Assembly: GCF_001017655.1 (NCBI RefSeq)
Contig: NZ_CP010904.1
Location: forward strand, 2,790,001-2,822,000
DNA: 32,000 nt
Origin: Kiritimatiella glycovorans
Lineage (GTDB): Bacteria > Verrucomicrobiota > Kiritimatiellia > Kiritimatiellales > Kiritimatiellaceae
Direction: 5' to 3'
The notes beneath the pieces were generated by a model. That model did not search any database. It was not told the DNA's origin and worked only from the letters and a program-made list of their open reading frames with translations. The position numbers and the translations under genes were made by a program. Below, in pieces: positions 1 through 9,028 of the stretch; the first letter of the stretch is position 1; the number at the start of each line of letters is the position of its first letter.

Positions 1-726
1 GCGCTCTTCGAGTTCAACGCCCTGCTCGCACCGCGGTCCGAGCGGGGATCCGACCGCTGGGACCTCGGCCGCGGCATGGTATTTCTGCTCGCCGCCTGGG
101 GCGTGGAGCGCTACGGGTGGACGGAGGCGACCACGTGGGGCGCCCTGTTCTTCGTGTGCGCCACGGTGCTTATCGAGGCGCTGCTCCGCACCGATCGCGC
201 CTCGTGGAGCCGGACGATCGGTCACCGCTTGACGGGGCAGATCTACGTGATCGTGCTCTGGAGTTTCGTACTGCGCGTGTTCGTCTCCGGCGACCCCGGA
301 CAGGCGCTCTGGCCGGGACTGTTCCTGTTGATGATGGTCAAGGGGGCCGATGCCGGCGCCTACTTGGTGGGGTCGAGAATCGGACGCCACAAACTCTTCC
401 CGCTGGTTTCGCCGCGCAAAAGCTGGGAAGGGGTCGGCGGTGCGGTCCTGGTGGCCTGCATCGCCGCCCTGGCCTGGAGCGTCGTGACCGGGGGGTGGAT
501 CGGATCGATCCCGCTCCCGCTCCACCACGCGCTGATCCTCGGTCTGATCCTCCCCTCCGCCGGTGTGGCGGGAGATCTCGTCGAGTCGCGCTTCAAGCGC
601 GAAGTCAGCGCCAAGGATTCGGCCGATGCGATTTACGGCATGGGCGGGGTGCTCGATATGGTCGACAGCCTGTTGTTTGCGGCGCCCGTCTTCTACGTGT
701 ACATTCACTGGTTCCTCACCCCGTGA
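1..726 (+). CDS. cdsA: phosphatidate cytidylyltransferase (CdsA/CTP_transf_1 family), 5' end outside window
   Basis: The frame of the 76..726 ORF stays open back to base 1. The protein is a multi-pass hydrophobic type. KGADAGAYLVGSRIGRHKLFPLVSPRKSWEG and SRFKREVSAKDS...GMGGVLDMVD match the CdsA signature region, with substitutions. It lies directly upstream of rseP, a common arrangement. Confidence 0.8.
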   Translation, partial: ALFEFNALLAPRSERGSDRWDLGRGMVFLLAAWGVERYGWTEATTWGALFFVCATVLIEALLRTDRASWSRTIGHRLTGQIYVIVLWSFVLRVFVSGDPGQALWPGLFLLMMVKGADAGAYLVGSRIGRHKLFPLVSPRKSWEGVGGAVLVACIAALAWSVVTGGWIGSIPLPLHHALILGLILPSAGVAGDLVESRFKREVSAKDSADAIYGMGGVLDMVDSLLFAAPVFYVYIHWFLTP

Positions 727-754
727 ACAGAACTGACCTCCGGAGAACACCCTC

Positions 755-2149
755 ATGTGGATGCTGACCATTCTCGCGATCCTGATCCTGTTCGGCCTCA
801 CCGTCTTCGTCCACGAACTGGGCCACTTCCTGATGGCCCGCTGGTGCGGACTGGTGGTGGAGACCTTTTCGATCGGCTTCGGCCCCGCCATCTTCAAAAC
901 GACGCGCAAGGGAATCGTCTACAAGATCGGCGCGTTCCCGTTCGGAGGATACGTGGCGCTTCCGCAGCTCGACCCCTCCGGCATGGAAAAAGTGCAGGGC
1001 GGCGAACCCGGCGAAAAAAACCTCCCCCCGGTCTCCCCCTGGAAGAAAATTCTGGTCTCCGTCTGCGGCCCGCTGGGCAATGTCGTCTTCGCGCTGCTCC
1101 TCGCCTGGGTGATCTTCTTCGGCGCCGATACGCTCGGACAGGGCGGCGAGGGCGCCGTGGTCGGCGCAGTCGAGGAAGACAGCGCCGCCTATGAAAAAGG
1201 TCTGCGCCGCGGCGACCGGATCGTCGCCGTCGACGGAACCGAAGTGGGGAGCTGGTACGACATCAGTGTGGAAGTCCTGCTCGAGGACACACGGAACGAG
1301 GCCACGTTCACGGTTGCCGGAGGAGCGCGGGAAGAGGAGGCGCTGACGCTGCCCGTGCGCGACCCCACGGGCGGCGAAGCGGTAATCCCCGGCGTACGCC
1401 AGGCGGTGCCCTGCGTGGTGGGGGCCGTCAGCCCGAACAGCCCGGCGGAGGCGGCGGGACTGCAGCGGGGCGATGTCATCCGACGCTTCGCCGGCGAAAA
1501 AGTGGTCGACTGGATCCAGTTCACGGAGAGGGTCAGGCAACACGCGGATGAGGAGGTTCCCGTCACGCTGGAGCGTGACGGAGATACGGTGACCACGGCT
1601 GTGAAACCTGCTTACGACCCGGAACTGGAACGCGCCGTGGTCGGGATCAAGCTGGGCGGCTCTGCTGTGCCGTGGATGCGTCACCGACGTCCGGGGGCGC
1701 AGCTCCGCTACGACGCCACGGCGATCTTCCGGGTGCTCAAAGCCCTGGTCACACCCTCGGAATCGAAACAGGCGGCGAAAAGCCTCGGTGGCCCCGTCAT
1801 GATCTTCGCCATGATCTTCACCTCTCTGAAAACGGGACTGCTGAACACGCTGGGCCTGATCCGCTTTCTCAATATCAACCTGGCGGTCCTCAACCTGCTT
1901 CCATTGCCGGTGCTCGACGGGGGGCACATTATCTTTTCGCTGTGGGAAGGCCTCACCCGGCGCCCGGTTCCCGCGCGCGTGATCAACTTCCTCGTCAACC
2001 TCTTCGCCGTCCTCCTGATCGGGGCGATGATCCTGATTTCGATGCGCGATATTCAGCGGCTGATCGGCTGGGGAAAATCCTCCCCCGAAAAGGAACAGCC
2101 GCAGGTCGAAGCGCCGGCCGATCCGCCATCCGCCCCGGCGGGCGAATAG
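755..2149 (+). CDS. rseP: RIP (site-2) zinc metalloprotease RseP, M50 family with PDZ domains
   Basis: N-terminal HELGHF (HExxH) sits in a TM helix. The central region is PDZ-like (AAYEKGLRRGDRIVAVDG, PAEAAGLQRGDVI). The C-terminal NLLPLPVLDGGH motif is typical of M50 proteases. Confidence 0.9.
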   Translation: MWMLTILAILILFGLTVFVHELGHFLMARWCGLVVETFSIGFGPAIFKTTRKGIVYKIGAFPFGGYVALPQLDPSGMEKVQGGEPGEKNLPPVSPWKKILVSVCGPLGNVVFALLLAWVIFFGADTLGQGGEGAVVGAVEEDSAAYEKGLRRGDRIVAVDGTEVGSWYDISVEVLLEDTRNEATFTVAGGAREEEALTLPVRDPTGGEAVIPGVRQAVPCVVGAVSPNSPAEAAGLQRGDVIRRFAGEKVVDWIQFTERVRQHADEEVPVTLERDGDTVTTAVKPAYDPELERAVVGIKLGGSAVPWMRHRRPGAQLRYDATAIFRVLKALVTPSESKQAAKSLGGPVMIFAMIFTSLKTGLLNTLGLIRFLNINLAVLNLLPLPVLDGGHIIFSLWEGLTRRPVPARVINFLVNLFAVLLIGAMILISMRDIQRLIGWGKSSPEKEQPQVEAPADPPSAPAGE

Positions 2150-2213
2150 CGTCCGTTTGCGGAGTACGGCTTTTTTATAGCGGGAATGTGCTCCGCACAC
2201 GGGAGACACGGGT

Positions 2214-2609
2214 TTGATGAGACGTTATCGCAAAACGTTCAGGCTGATCCCGTTTCTGCGCACCGCCGCGGTCGCCGCGGCCGCGGCGTTCGTCATCTTT
2301 ATCGGGCTCAGGATCATGACCCCGCCGGAGAAGACCCTGGACGCCGCCGCGTCGCCGGACGGGGGACGGCGCGCCCGCCTGCGGGAGGTGTTCTACGACG
2401 CGCAGCCGGCCCTGAAGGTCGAACTCCGCGGGCGGGGTCCGTGGCGCACCGTCTACTACCTGGACACGGGAACCAATGCACTTCCACCGGAACCCGAACT
2501 GGAGTGGTCCGATGATTCGCGGCGTCTGTACCTCAGAGCGGGCGGTGCGCGGATCTGGGGGTATGACGCCGCGACCGGTGCGCGGATCCTCTCTCCTTCC
2601 CGGCCATAG
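2214..2609 (+). CDS. hypothetical membrane-anchored protein
   Basis: 131-aa ORF with one N-terminal hydrophobic helix (LIPFLRTAAVAAAAAFVIFIGL). Composition is natural, and no family was recognised. Confidence 0.45.
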   Translation: MMRRYRKTFRLIPFLRTAAVAAAAAFVIFIGLRIMTPPEKTLDAAASPDGGRRARLREVFYDAQPALKVELRGRGPWRTVYYLDTGTNALPPEPELEWSDDSRRLYLRAGGARIWGYDAATGARILSPSRP

Positions 2610-2756
2610 CCGACGCGCCGCCTGCCGCGGACCGGGGTGCGGGTCAATAAAGAGCTGAAATGCGCGGATCGAAATCGAAGGGTTCCGGGGCCCCGATGTC
2701 CAGGTTTCCGAAATCCGGATGGGCCGGATTGATCAGGTAGTGGATAAAGCTGCGGA

Positions 2757-4322
2757 TCAGAGGACCCGGCCCGCGCGATTCCCGGTCCACTGTCCGTCAA
2801 TGAGCGTGAGGACGCCATTGACGACGACCGCGGCGGTGCCGCGGGCGAGCCGGTGCGGGCGGGCGTAGTCGGCCGGATCGTCCAGTTCCGCGGGACTGAA
2901 CACGGCGATATCGGCGAAGGCCCCCTCGCGCAGCACGCCGCGGCCCCGGAGCCCGAACTGTTCCGCGGGCAGCGACGTCATCCGCCGCACCGCCTCCTCC
3001 GGCGTGAACCACGTGCCGTCGCGGGCGTTTTTCAGCACCCGGGTGAACGACCCGTAGGCGCGCGGATGCGGGTGGTCTCCGCTGAGCGGCCCGTCCGGTG
3101 CGCGGATGGAGGCGTCGCTGCCGATCATCACCCACGGCTCCCGGTAGACCCGGGTGAGATTCTCCGCAGAGAGCCCGAAAAAGAGGGCCCCGGTGCGCAG
3201 CTCCTCGCGGTCGATCAGGTGCAGCGCGGCCCCGGCCGGCGTCATGTTCAACTGCTCCGCGACCTCGGGCAGCGGCCGGCCGCGGAAGGACTCGAATTCC
3301 GGGACGACCGTACTGCCCACCGCCACGCACGCCCAGTCCTCCGGCGCACGCGATGACTCGAGTTCCTCGAGGATTCTGTTCCGGGTCGCCGCATCACGAA
3401 TCCGCGCCAGCACGGCTTCACGGCCACCATAGCCGGCCCAGGCGGGCAGGACGACATCGAGGTCGGTCTGTCCCGCGAGGTAGGGGTAGCGGTCGGCGCA
3501 GACCACCAGTCCTTCTTCGCGGGCGGCGCGCACCGCTTCAATCACGGGTTCAAGCCGGTCCCAGTTTGCGCGACCGGAGGCTTTCAGGTGCGAGATCTGG
3601 ATGCGGGCGCCGCTTTCGCGCCCCACCGCAATCGTCTCGGCCACTGATTCCGCCACCCCGGCGCCCTCGTTGCGCATGTGCGAGGCATACACGCCGCCGT
3701 GCTTTCCCGCCTCGCGGGCCAGTTCGACGATTTCCTCCGCCGGGACGCCTGATCCGGGCGGGTAGATCAGCCCGGTGCTCATCCCGTGTGCACCCTCGTC
3801 CATAGCCTGAACCAGCGCGTCGCGCAGCGCGGCGAGCTGTTCCGGTGACGCCTCCGCAGGCTCGGGGCCGCAGATGCCCTTGCGCAGCGTATTGTGGCCG
3901 ACCAGGAGCACCGCGTTGACGGCCGGTCGGACCGACTCCAGCAGCGTGCGGTACTCCGCGACGGTCGACCAGCGGCCGGGGTACTCGTGCGAAGCCCAGT
4001 CGGAGGGGAGTTCCGCGCGCGGACCGAGCGGGGCGGCGGAGGCGCCGCAGTTGCCGGTGACCTCTGTGGTGACGCCCTGGAACACCTTGCTGGCCGCACG
4101 CGGATCCAGAAGCAGGTAGGTGTCGGAGTGGGAATGGGCGTCGATCAGTCCGGGGCAGATCTGCCGTCCGGAGGCATCGATTTTCTGCGCGGCGTTCGCC
4201 GCGGACAGGTCGGGAGCGATGGACGTGATGCGGTCGCCGCGAATCCCGACATCCCCTCTGAAAGACGCGCCGCCGGTACCGTCGATCACGCGTCCTCCCG
4301 CGATCAGCAGGTCGAAGTCCAT
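2757..4322 (-). CDS. N-acyl-D-amino-acid deacylase (D-aminoacylase) family amidohydrolase
   Basis: MDFDLLIAGGRVIDGTG...GLIDAHSHSD (HxH metal site) and the ~520-aa length match the D-aminoacylase amidohydrolase family. The start was moved to the internal ATG at 4322, which gives the typical N-terminus and removes the overlap with the upstream amidase stop at 4324-4326. Confidence 0.8.
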   Translation of the reverse strand: MDFDLLIAGGRVIDGTGGASFRGDVGIRGDRITSIAPDLSAANAAQKIDASGRQICPGLIDAHSHSDTYLLLDPRAASKVFQGVTTEVTGNCGASAAPLGPRAELPSDWASHEYPGRWSTVAEYRTLLESVRPAVNAVLLVGHNTLRKGICGPEPAEASPEQLAALRDALVQAMDEGAHGMSTGLIYPPGSGVPAEEIVELAREAGKHGGVYASHMRNEGAGVAESVAETIAVGRESGARIQISHLKASGRANWDRLEPVIEAVRAAREEGLVVCADRYPYLAGQTDLDVVLPAWAGYGGREAVLARIRDAATRNRILEELESSRAPEDWACVAVGSTVVPEFESFRGRPLPEVAEQLNMTPAGAALHLIDREELRTGALFFGLSAENLTRVYREPWVMIGSDASIRAPDGPLSGDHPHPRAYGSFTRVLKNARDGTWFTPEEAVRRMTSLPAEQFGLRGRGVLREGAFADIAVFSPAELDDPADYARPHRLARGTAAVVVNGVLTLIDGQWTGNRAGRVL

Positions 4323-4323
4323 C

Positions 4324-5316
4324 TCACTTCCCTGCCCGGCGTACCAGGCCCGCATACCGGAGAATGCCGTCCGCGATGCCGCGCGCCATGGCTTCGCGGA
4401 ACGAGGCGTCGATCATCAGGTCTTCCTCCGTGGCGTTGCTGACGAAGGCGCCTTCGACCAGGGCGGCGGGACAGGGGGCATCCCGCAGGATGGCGAAGCG
4501 CGCCCGTTTCAGGCCGCGATCGGGCCGCCGGATGCGTTCGACCAAGCTGCGGTGGAGCTGGAATCCGAGAATCGCGCTGGGGGCATCGTAGCGATTGCCG
4601 CCGTGGGTGCCCCCGAAATGGCCGTAGCTTCCCGTGGAGCTTTCGCCGCCCGCGGTGAGCACATAGGTCTCGGTGCCGGTCACGCTTTTATCGTGGGCCG
4701 CGTTCATGTGAATACTCACGAAGAGGTCGGCGTCGCACTGCCTTGCCGTTTCCACGCGGTCGGAGAGCGAGACGTAGGTATCGTCGTTCCGGGTTTTCAC
4801 TACCCGGAGCCCCTCGCGCCGGAGGTGGCGCTCCGCACGCCTGGCTACGTCCATAACCACCAGTTTTTCCCATACGTTGCGGCGGCCTACGGCGCCCTTG
4901 TCCTTCCCGCCGTGTCCCGGGTCGAGGACCACGGTGCGGCACCGGCGGCCCTGCAGGTGACGGTCCGGGCGCATGACGGGATCGATGATCGTCTGAAAGT
5001 CTTCACGGCTCACCGCCCAGGATCCCCGAACCGAACGGACCGGCCGGTGCAGCCAGACCGACAGGCCGTCGAGCCGGGCCCGGCGGCTGTCCGTTTCCAC
5101 GGCGATCCGTCTCCACTGGTTGCGCAGGATGATCTCCTCGCCCCTGGCCCCCTGCTGCATGGTGTAGAGCGAGCCGATCCCCGGCAGCGGCACATAGTCT
5201 ACCCCGCCCCTGTTCACGGTATGAAGGCTGGAACCGGCGGATGCGTCCGCGCCGCCCGCCAGCATGGCCAGCAGGCCGAATGCGATGTTGAGTGCGTAGC
5301 TGCGCATGGACGCCAA
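4324..5316 (-). CDS. N-acetylmuramoyl-L-alanine amidase (Amidase_3 family), secreted
   Basis: N-terminal signal-like segment (YALNIAFGLLAMLAGGADA). The catalytic region VVLDPGHGGKDKGA ... DLFVSIHMNA ... RFAILRDAPCPAALVEGAFVSN matches AmiA/B/C-type amidases. Confidence 0.85.
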   Translation of the reverse strand: MASMRSYALNIAFGLLAMLAGGADASAGSSLHTVNRGGVDYVPLPGIGSLYTMQQGARGEEIILRNQWRRIAVETDSRRARLDGLSVWLHRPVRSVRGSWAVSREDFQTIIDPVMRPDRHLQGRRCRTVVLDPGHGGKDKGAVGRRNVWEKLVVMDVARRAERHLRREGLRVVKTRNDDTYVSLSDRVETARQCDADLFVSIHMNAAHDKSVTGTETYVLTAGGESSTGSYGHFGGTHGGNRYDAPSAILGFQLHRSLVERIRRPDRGLKRARFAILRDAPCPAALVEGAFVSNATEEDLMIDASFREAMARGIADGILRYAGLVRRAGK

Positions 5317-5467
5317 TATATCGGATTCGCGGGCGCGATGAAGTCAGGAGTCAAGAATTCTCGTTCTTGCTTTCTGCCGCTGCGGGAATGTAGTGTTAAT
5401 GGTTTAGACAGCGGGGTTCACGATAGGATCGAGGGCTTTACCCGCGCGCTATCTAAAGGAGAGCATC

Positions 5468-6847
5468 ATGGCGGAAGTTAAGATGGAAGACGCGCCGAAA
5501 CGGGTGCGGGATATGGTGGACAAGGGGATGGTCGCCGCCGAGCGCGGCAACTACGACTACGCCATCGACATGTTCATGATGGCACTCGACATGGAGCCCC
5601 GGCTGCTCACGGCGCGCCGCTATCTCAGGGCGGCCGTAATCCGCAAAAACGAAGACGCATCCGAAAGCCCCATCCTTCAGGCGGTGGAGGTGATCAAGGG
5701 TCTTCCGGATATTGCGGTCGCCCTGCTCAAGATGAAAAAGGATCCGCAGGAATCCCTGAAGCGCTCGGAAAAGCTGCTGGCGAGGGCGCCTTTCAACATG
5801 ATGTTCGTGAACCTTACGATTCGCGCCTCGAGGGCGGCCGACCTGCCTGAAGCGGCCATTCAGCTCCTGGAAGTGATCCAGGAACACCGCGCCGACCAGC
5901 CCGCCGTCGTCGAACAGCTGACCGAGCTTTACCGGGACGTGAACAACACGGAGAAGGCCCGCGAGTACGCGCAGAAGCTGGTGCAGCTGAAGCCGAACGA
6001 CGGGAAGGCGATCAAGATGCTCAAGGACGTCTCCGCGCTCGAAACGATGAGTCGCGGCGGATGGGAGGGCGCCGGATCGTATCGCGACGTGATGAAGGAT
6101 CAGGACGAGGCCAAGGAGCTGGAGCAGGAAGGCGCCGCCGTAAAATCGGAGAAGAGCCTCGATGCGCTGATCCAGTCGAACCAGGAGAAGATCCGCAAAG
6201 AGCCCGAAAACATCAACTACCGGCGCGGTCTGGCCGACCTGCTCGTCCGTGCCCAGCGTTTCGACGAGGCGCTCGACACCATCAAGGAGGCCCAGCGTCT
6301 GTCAGGCGGCGCCGATCCGCAGCTCGACCGGATCTACGCCGACACGATGCTGAAGAAGTTCGACAGCGAGATCGAGCAGCGCGAGGCGAACGGCGACCGC
6401 GAGGGCGTCGAGCAGAAGAAGCAGGAGAAGGCCGAATTCCGGATCACCAATGCGCGGGAACGGGTTCGACGTTATCCGAACGATCTCCAGTTCAAGTACG
6501 AACTCGGCACACTGCTCTTCGAGCGCGGCGAGTTCAACGACGCGATCCAGCAGTTCCAGCAGGCGCAGCGCAATCCCCAGCGCCGTCTTCGCGCCCTCTA
6601 CTACATGGGCATGTGCTTCAGGGCCAAGGAGCAGTACGACATCGCCCGCCAGCAGTTCGAGAAAGCCGCATCAGAGACGCCGACGATGGACGAGACCAAA
6701 AAGGACATCCTCTACGAACTCGGGAACGTCTGCGAACTCATGGGGGACAAGGACAAGGCGGCGGAAAACTTCAAGGCGATCTATTCGGTCGACATCGGAT
6801 ACCGCGATGTGGCCGAGAAGATCGAGAACACCTACAAGAACGCCTGA
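5468..6847 (+). CDS. tetratricopeptide (TPR) repeat protein
   Basis: 459-aa helical protein rich in E/K/A. It has repeated TPR-like 34-aa units (e.g. GNYDYAIDMFMMALDMEP, GEFNDAIQQFQQAQRNP, LRALYYMGMCFRAKEQYDIARQQFEKA) and an RBS-like aaggagag upstream. Confidence 0.75.
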   Translation: MAEVKMEDAPKRVRDMVDKGMVAAERGNYDYAIDMFMMALDMEPRLLTARRYLRAAVIRKNEDASESPILQAVEVIKGLPDIAVALLKMKKDPQESLKRSEKLLARAPFNMMFVNLTIRASRAADLPEAAIQLLEVIQEHRADQPAVVEQLTELYRDVNNTEKAREYAQKLVQLKPNDGKAIKMLKDVSALETMSRGGWEGAGSYRDVMKDQDEAKELEQEGAAVKSEKSLDALIQSNQEKIRKEPENINYRRGLADLLVRAQRFDEALDTIKEAQRLSGGADPQLDRIYADTMLKKFDSEIEQREANGDREGVEQKKQEKAEFRITNARERVRRYPNDLQFKYELGTLLFERGEFNDAIQQFQQAQRNPQRRLRALYYMGMCFRAKEQYDIARQQFEKAASETPTMDETKKDILYELGNVCELMGDKDKAAENFKAIYSVDIGYRDVAEKIENTYKNA

Positions 6848-6858
6848 GCCGCGGTCGT

Positions 6859-7266
6859 TTACCGATCTTCGCGGGCCCGCATAATCCGGTACTGCCGTGA
6901 CCCCTCGTCGGCCGTGTCGTGCACGCGGACTTGACCGCCCGTACCCCGTATCCGCTGCGCTCCGGGAAGCGCCGACCAGCGTTTGCCCCCGGTGCTGTAG
7001 TACACGGAGTAAACCAGTCCCTGTTGGGTGTCCCAGTTGATGATGGTGCGGTCGCCCGAACGGGTGACCACGTAGCGGGTCACCTGGCGCGTCGGAATCA
7101 GCATCTCGGACAGATCGGGTTCTTCGCCGGGCCCCCTGCCCCGGCCTGAAGACGGGCCGGTCGTGGTGCAGGACACGGTGCTCAGTGCGAGCAGCCCGCC
7201 CAGGAGTATGCGGACGGGCCGATGGCGCAGGAGCGACGGGTGACCCGCTTTTTCACTCGGCATCAC
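6859..7266 (-). CDS. hypothetical lipoprotein
   Basis: Lipobox-like LALSTVSC follows a hydrophobic segment. The ORF overlaps the upstream gene's end by 14 bp (operonic). No family was recognised. Confidence 0.5.
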   Translation of the reverse strand: MMPSEKAGHPSLLRHRPVRILLGGLLALSTVSCTTTGPSSGRGRGPGEEPDLSEMLIPTRQVTRYVVTRSGDRTIINWDTQQGLVYSVYYSTGGKRWSALPGAQRIRGTGGQVRVHDTADEGSRQYRIMRAREDR

Positions 7267-8077
7267 GGATGACTTCCGCGGGCGCGACGGGGTCGGACTG
7301 AATCGGGTTGTCGGGATCGTTCACCGGCGACTCGATAATCCATTCCTCGAACTCCTCGTCGGAACCGCCGTCGGATTCGGGTTCGATCGGTTCCAGCGGC
7401 TCAACCGGTTCGACGGGGGCCACGGGGGCGACGGGCTCCAGCTCGCCGGATTCTTCCCGCGCGCTGCCCTTTTTGTCTTTCGGTGCAGCGGGCCTGGCCG
7501 CGCGGCGTCGCTTCAGATTTTCTTCCAGCGGATGGTAGTACCAGCGGTCGCGGAGCCGCTTGGGGTTAATGTCCTCAATCGTGAATCCGTATCGCCGCGC
7601 GAACCATTCCCACCGCGGATACGAAAAGTTGAAGGCCCGTCCGGTGAAGTTGAGCAGTTTGCGCGGTTCGGCGCTGTCCGTGAGAAGCACGTGCGCGCAG
7701 AAACCGGGCTGCGGGATCAGGTCCGAAGCGGGCTTCTCTCCGTTCTGCCCGACCACGATCGCGCGATCCGGTGCGTGGGAGACGAACGATCCGGAGCGGT
7801 AATCCTCGCCCGAGACGAAGACCCACGTCGATCCGTCCCATGCGTGAAACACCGGTCCGTCCGGCGCTTCTTCGCTCTGGTAGGTGAGGAGCATTACGGG
7901 ATACTTGCGCGCGAGATCGAAGCCGATCTGAACCGCGGTCTCCCGACGCGGGAGCACCATCATCGTGATCCGGTTCTTTTCGGCCGCTTCACTGCCGCGG
8001 GGCATGAGCATGCCCAGCACCAGCAGCGCGAACGACAGTGTCTTTGTCCAACGAGCCATAACTCCCCCTTTTCGCAT
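7253..8077 (-). CDS. hypothetical secreted protein with acidic Pro/Glu-rich C-terminal tail
   Basis: Signal peptide (WTKTLSFALLVLGMLMPRGSEA). The C-terminal tail is low-complexity (PVAPVAPVEPVEPLEPIEPE). Composition is natural and no family was recognised. Confidence 0.55.
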   Translation of the reverse strand: MRKGGVMARWTKTLSFALLVLGMLMPRGSEAAEKNRITMMVLPRRETAVQIGFDLARKYPVMLLTYQSEEAPDGPVFHAWDGSTWVFVSGEDYRSGSFVSHAPDRAIVVGQNGEKPASDLIPQPGFCAHVLLTDSAEPRKLLNFTGRAFNFSYPRWEWFARRYGFTIEDINPKRLRDRWYYHPLEENLKRRRAARPAAPKDKKGSAREESGELEPVAPVAPVEPVEPLEPIEPESDGGSDEEFEEWIIESPVNDPDNPIQSDPVAPAEVIRDAE

Positions 8078-8111
8078 GTAGGCGATCCAACAAGAATCCG
8101 CGGCGGACCGG

Positions 8112-8612
8112 TTAAGACCGGGCGGCGAGCCGCTGACCGAGCTTATTGTCGAGCATCAGGAAGGCCCCGCGGTGGTCGCCCGCCATATCGAGATAGTCGA
8201 GTACTTCCTGAACGCTGGCCTCTTCCTCCACCTGTTCCGTGACGTACCACTGGAGAAATACCTGCGTGGCGTGCGATTTCTCCTCCACCGCCAGGTTCAT
8301 CAGCTCGTCGATGCAGGAGGTCACGAACTGCTCGTGTTCCAAGGCCTTTTTGAAGAGATCGCGCGGCTGGCCGAATTCCTTCGGCGGTTCATCGAGCTGG
8401 CGAAGGTGAACCTCGCCTCCCTGCTGAAGGATGTAGTCGAACATTTTCATGGCGTGCTCGACTTCCTCGTTGTACTGGGCGCGGAACCAGCCCGCCGTGC
8501 CGTTCCATCCCTGCCCGGCACTGTACCCGGACATGGCGAGGTAGAGGTAAGCGGAGTAGAGCTCGCGCTTTACCTGTTCGTTGATCGCTTCCTGCAGTCT
8601 GTCTGAAATCAT
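8112..8612 (-). CDS. ftn: non-heme ferritin
   Basis: 166 aa. INEQVKRELYSAYLYLAMSGY, EEVEHAMKMFDYI and ALEHEQFVT are ferritin-like di-iron (ferroxidase) helices. Confidence 0.9.
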   Translation of the reverse strand: MISDRLQEAINEQVKRELYSAYLYLAMSGYSAGQGWNGTAGWFRAQYNEEVEHAMKMFDYILQQGGEVHLRQLDEPPKEFGQPRDLFKKALEHEQFVTSCIDELMNLAVEEKSHATQVFLQWYVTEQVEEEASVQEVLDYLDMAGDHRGAFLMLDNKLGQRLAARS

Positions 8613-8758
8613 TACGGTCCCTCCTGTTCCGCGTCAGTCTATGTAAAGGAACTGAATCGAGTCAATGTAGAATGCGAAGGGACGGGGAGTGAGCGACGGG
8701 AAAACGGCGTACGGACTTCTGTTGCAAAGCAGAAGTCCTGCCCTCACCCCCGGCAGCT

Positions 8759-8865
8759 TGCGTCTCCCGGGCAGGGCGTGCTCTCCGGGCGCGACGCTCT
8801 TTTGCGGGATCGCGCCTTCGGCGCTCCGAGTACGCGTACGATTACGAGTACGAGTACGAGTACGA
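8759..8865. repeat. intergenic mosaic repeat (copy I) ending in a (GAGTAC)n-like hexamer microsatellite
   Basis: 8759-8784 (tgcgtctcccgggcagggcgtgctct) is identical to 16679-16704. 8808-8833 is the reverse complement of 13450-13475 with one mismatch. 8828-8865 is gagtac gcgtac gattac gagtac gagtac gagtac ga. Confidence 0.75.
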
Positions 8866-9028
8866 ATCATGTTCACCCTTGCCCCCGAGTCAACCTTCAT
8901 GCTCTTCATGGCCTTCATGGTGAATCCCATGCTCTCCCGCCGCGCCTCTTCGTGTCCTCAACACTCCGTGCGGGACCTGCATGCGGCGTGATTGCGATCC
9001 GGGACGGCGGCCGTTATGCTGGGCCGTC

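Noticed and set aside
2152-2176. Intrinsic terminator after rseP (hairpin followed by a T6 run)
   Set aside because: The T-run (2171-2176) is real, but I could only pair a 4-bp stem (ccgt/acgg or tccg/cgga). That is too weak to call with confidence.
6061-6900. 279-aa and 144-aa alternative-frame ORFs inside the TPR gene
   Set aside because: They are Arg/Ser-rich and low-complexity, whereas the 5468..6847 frame gives coherent TPR helices.
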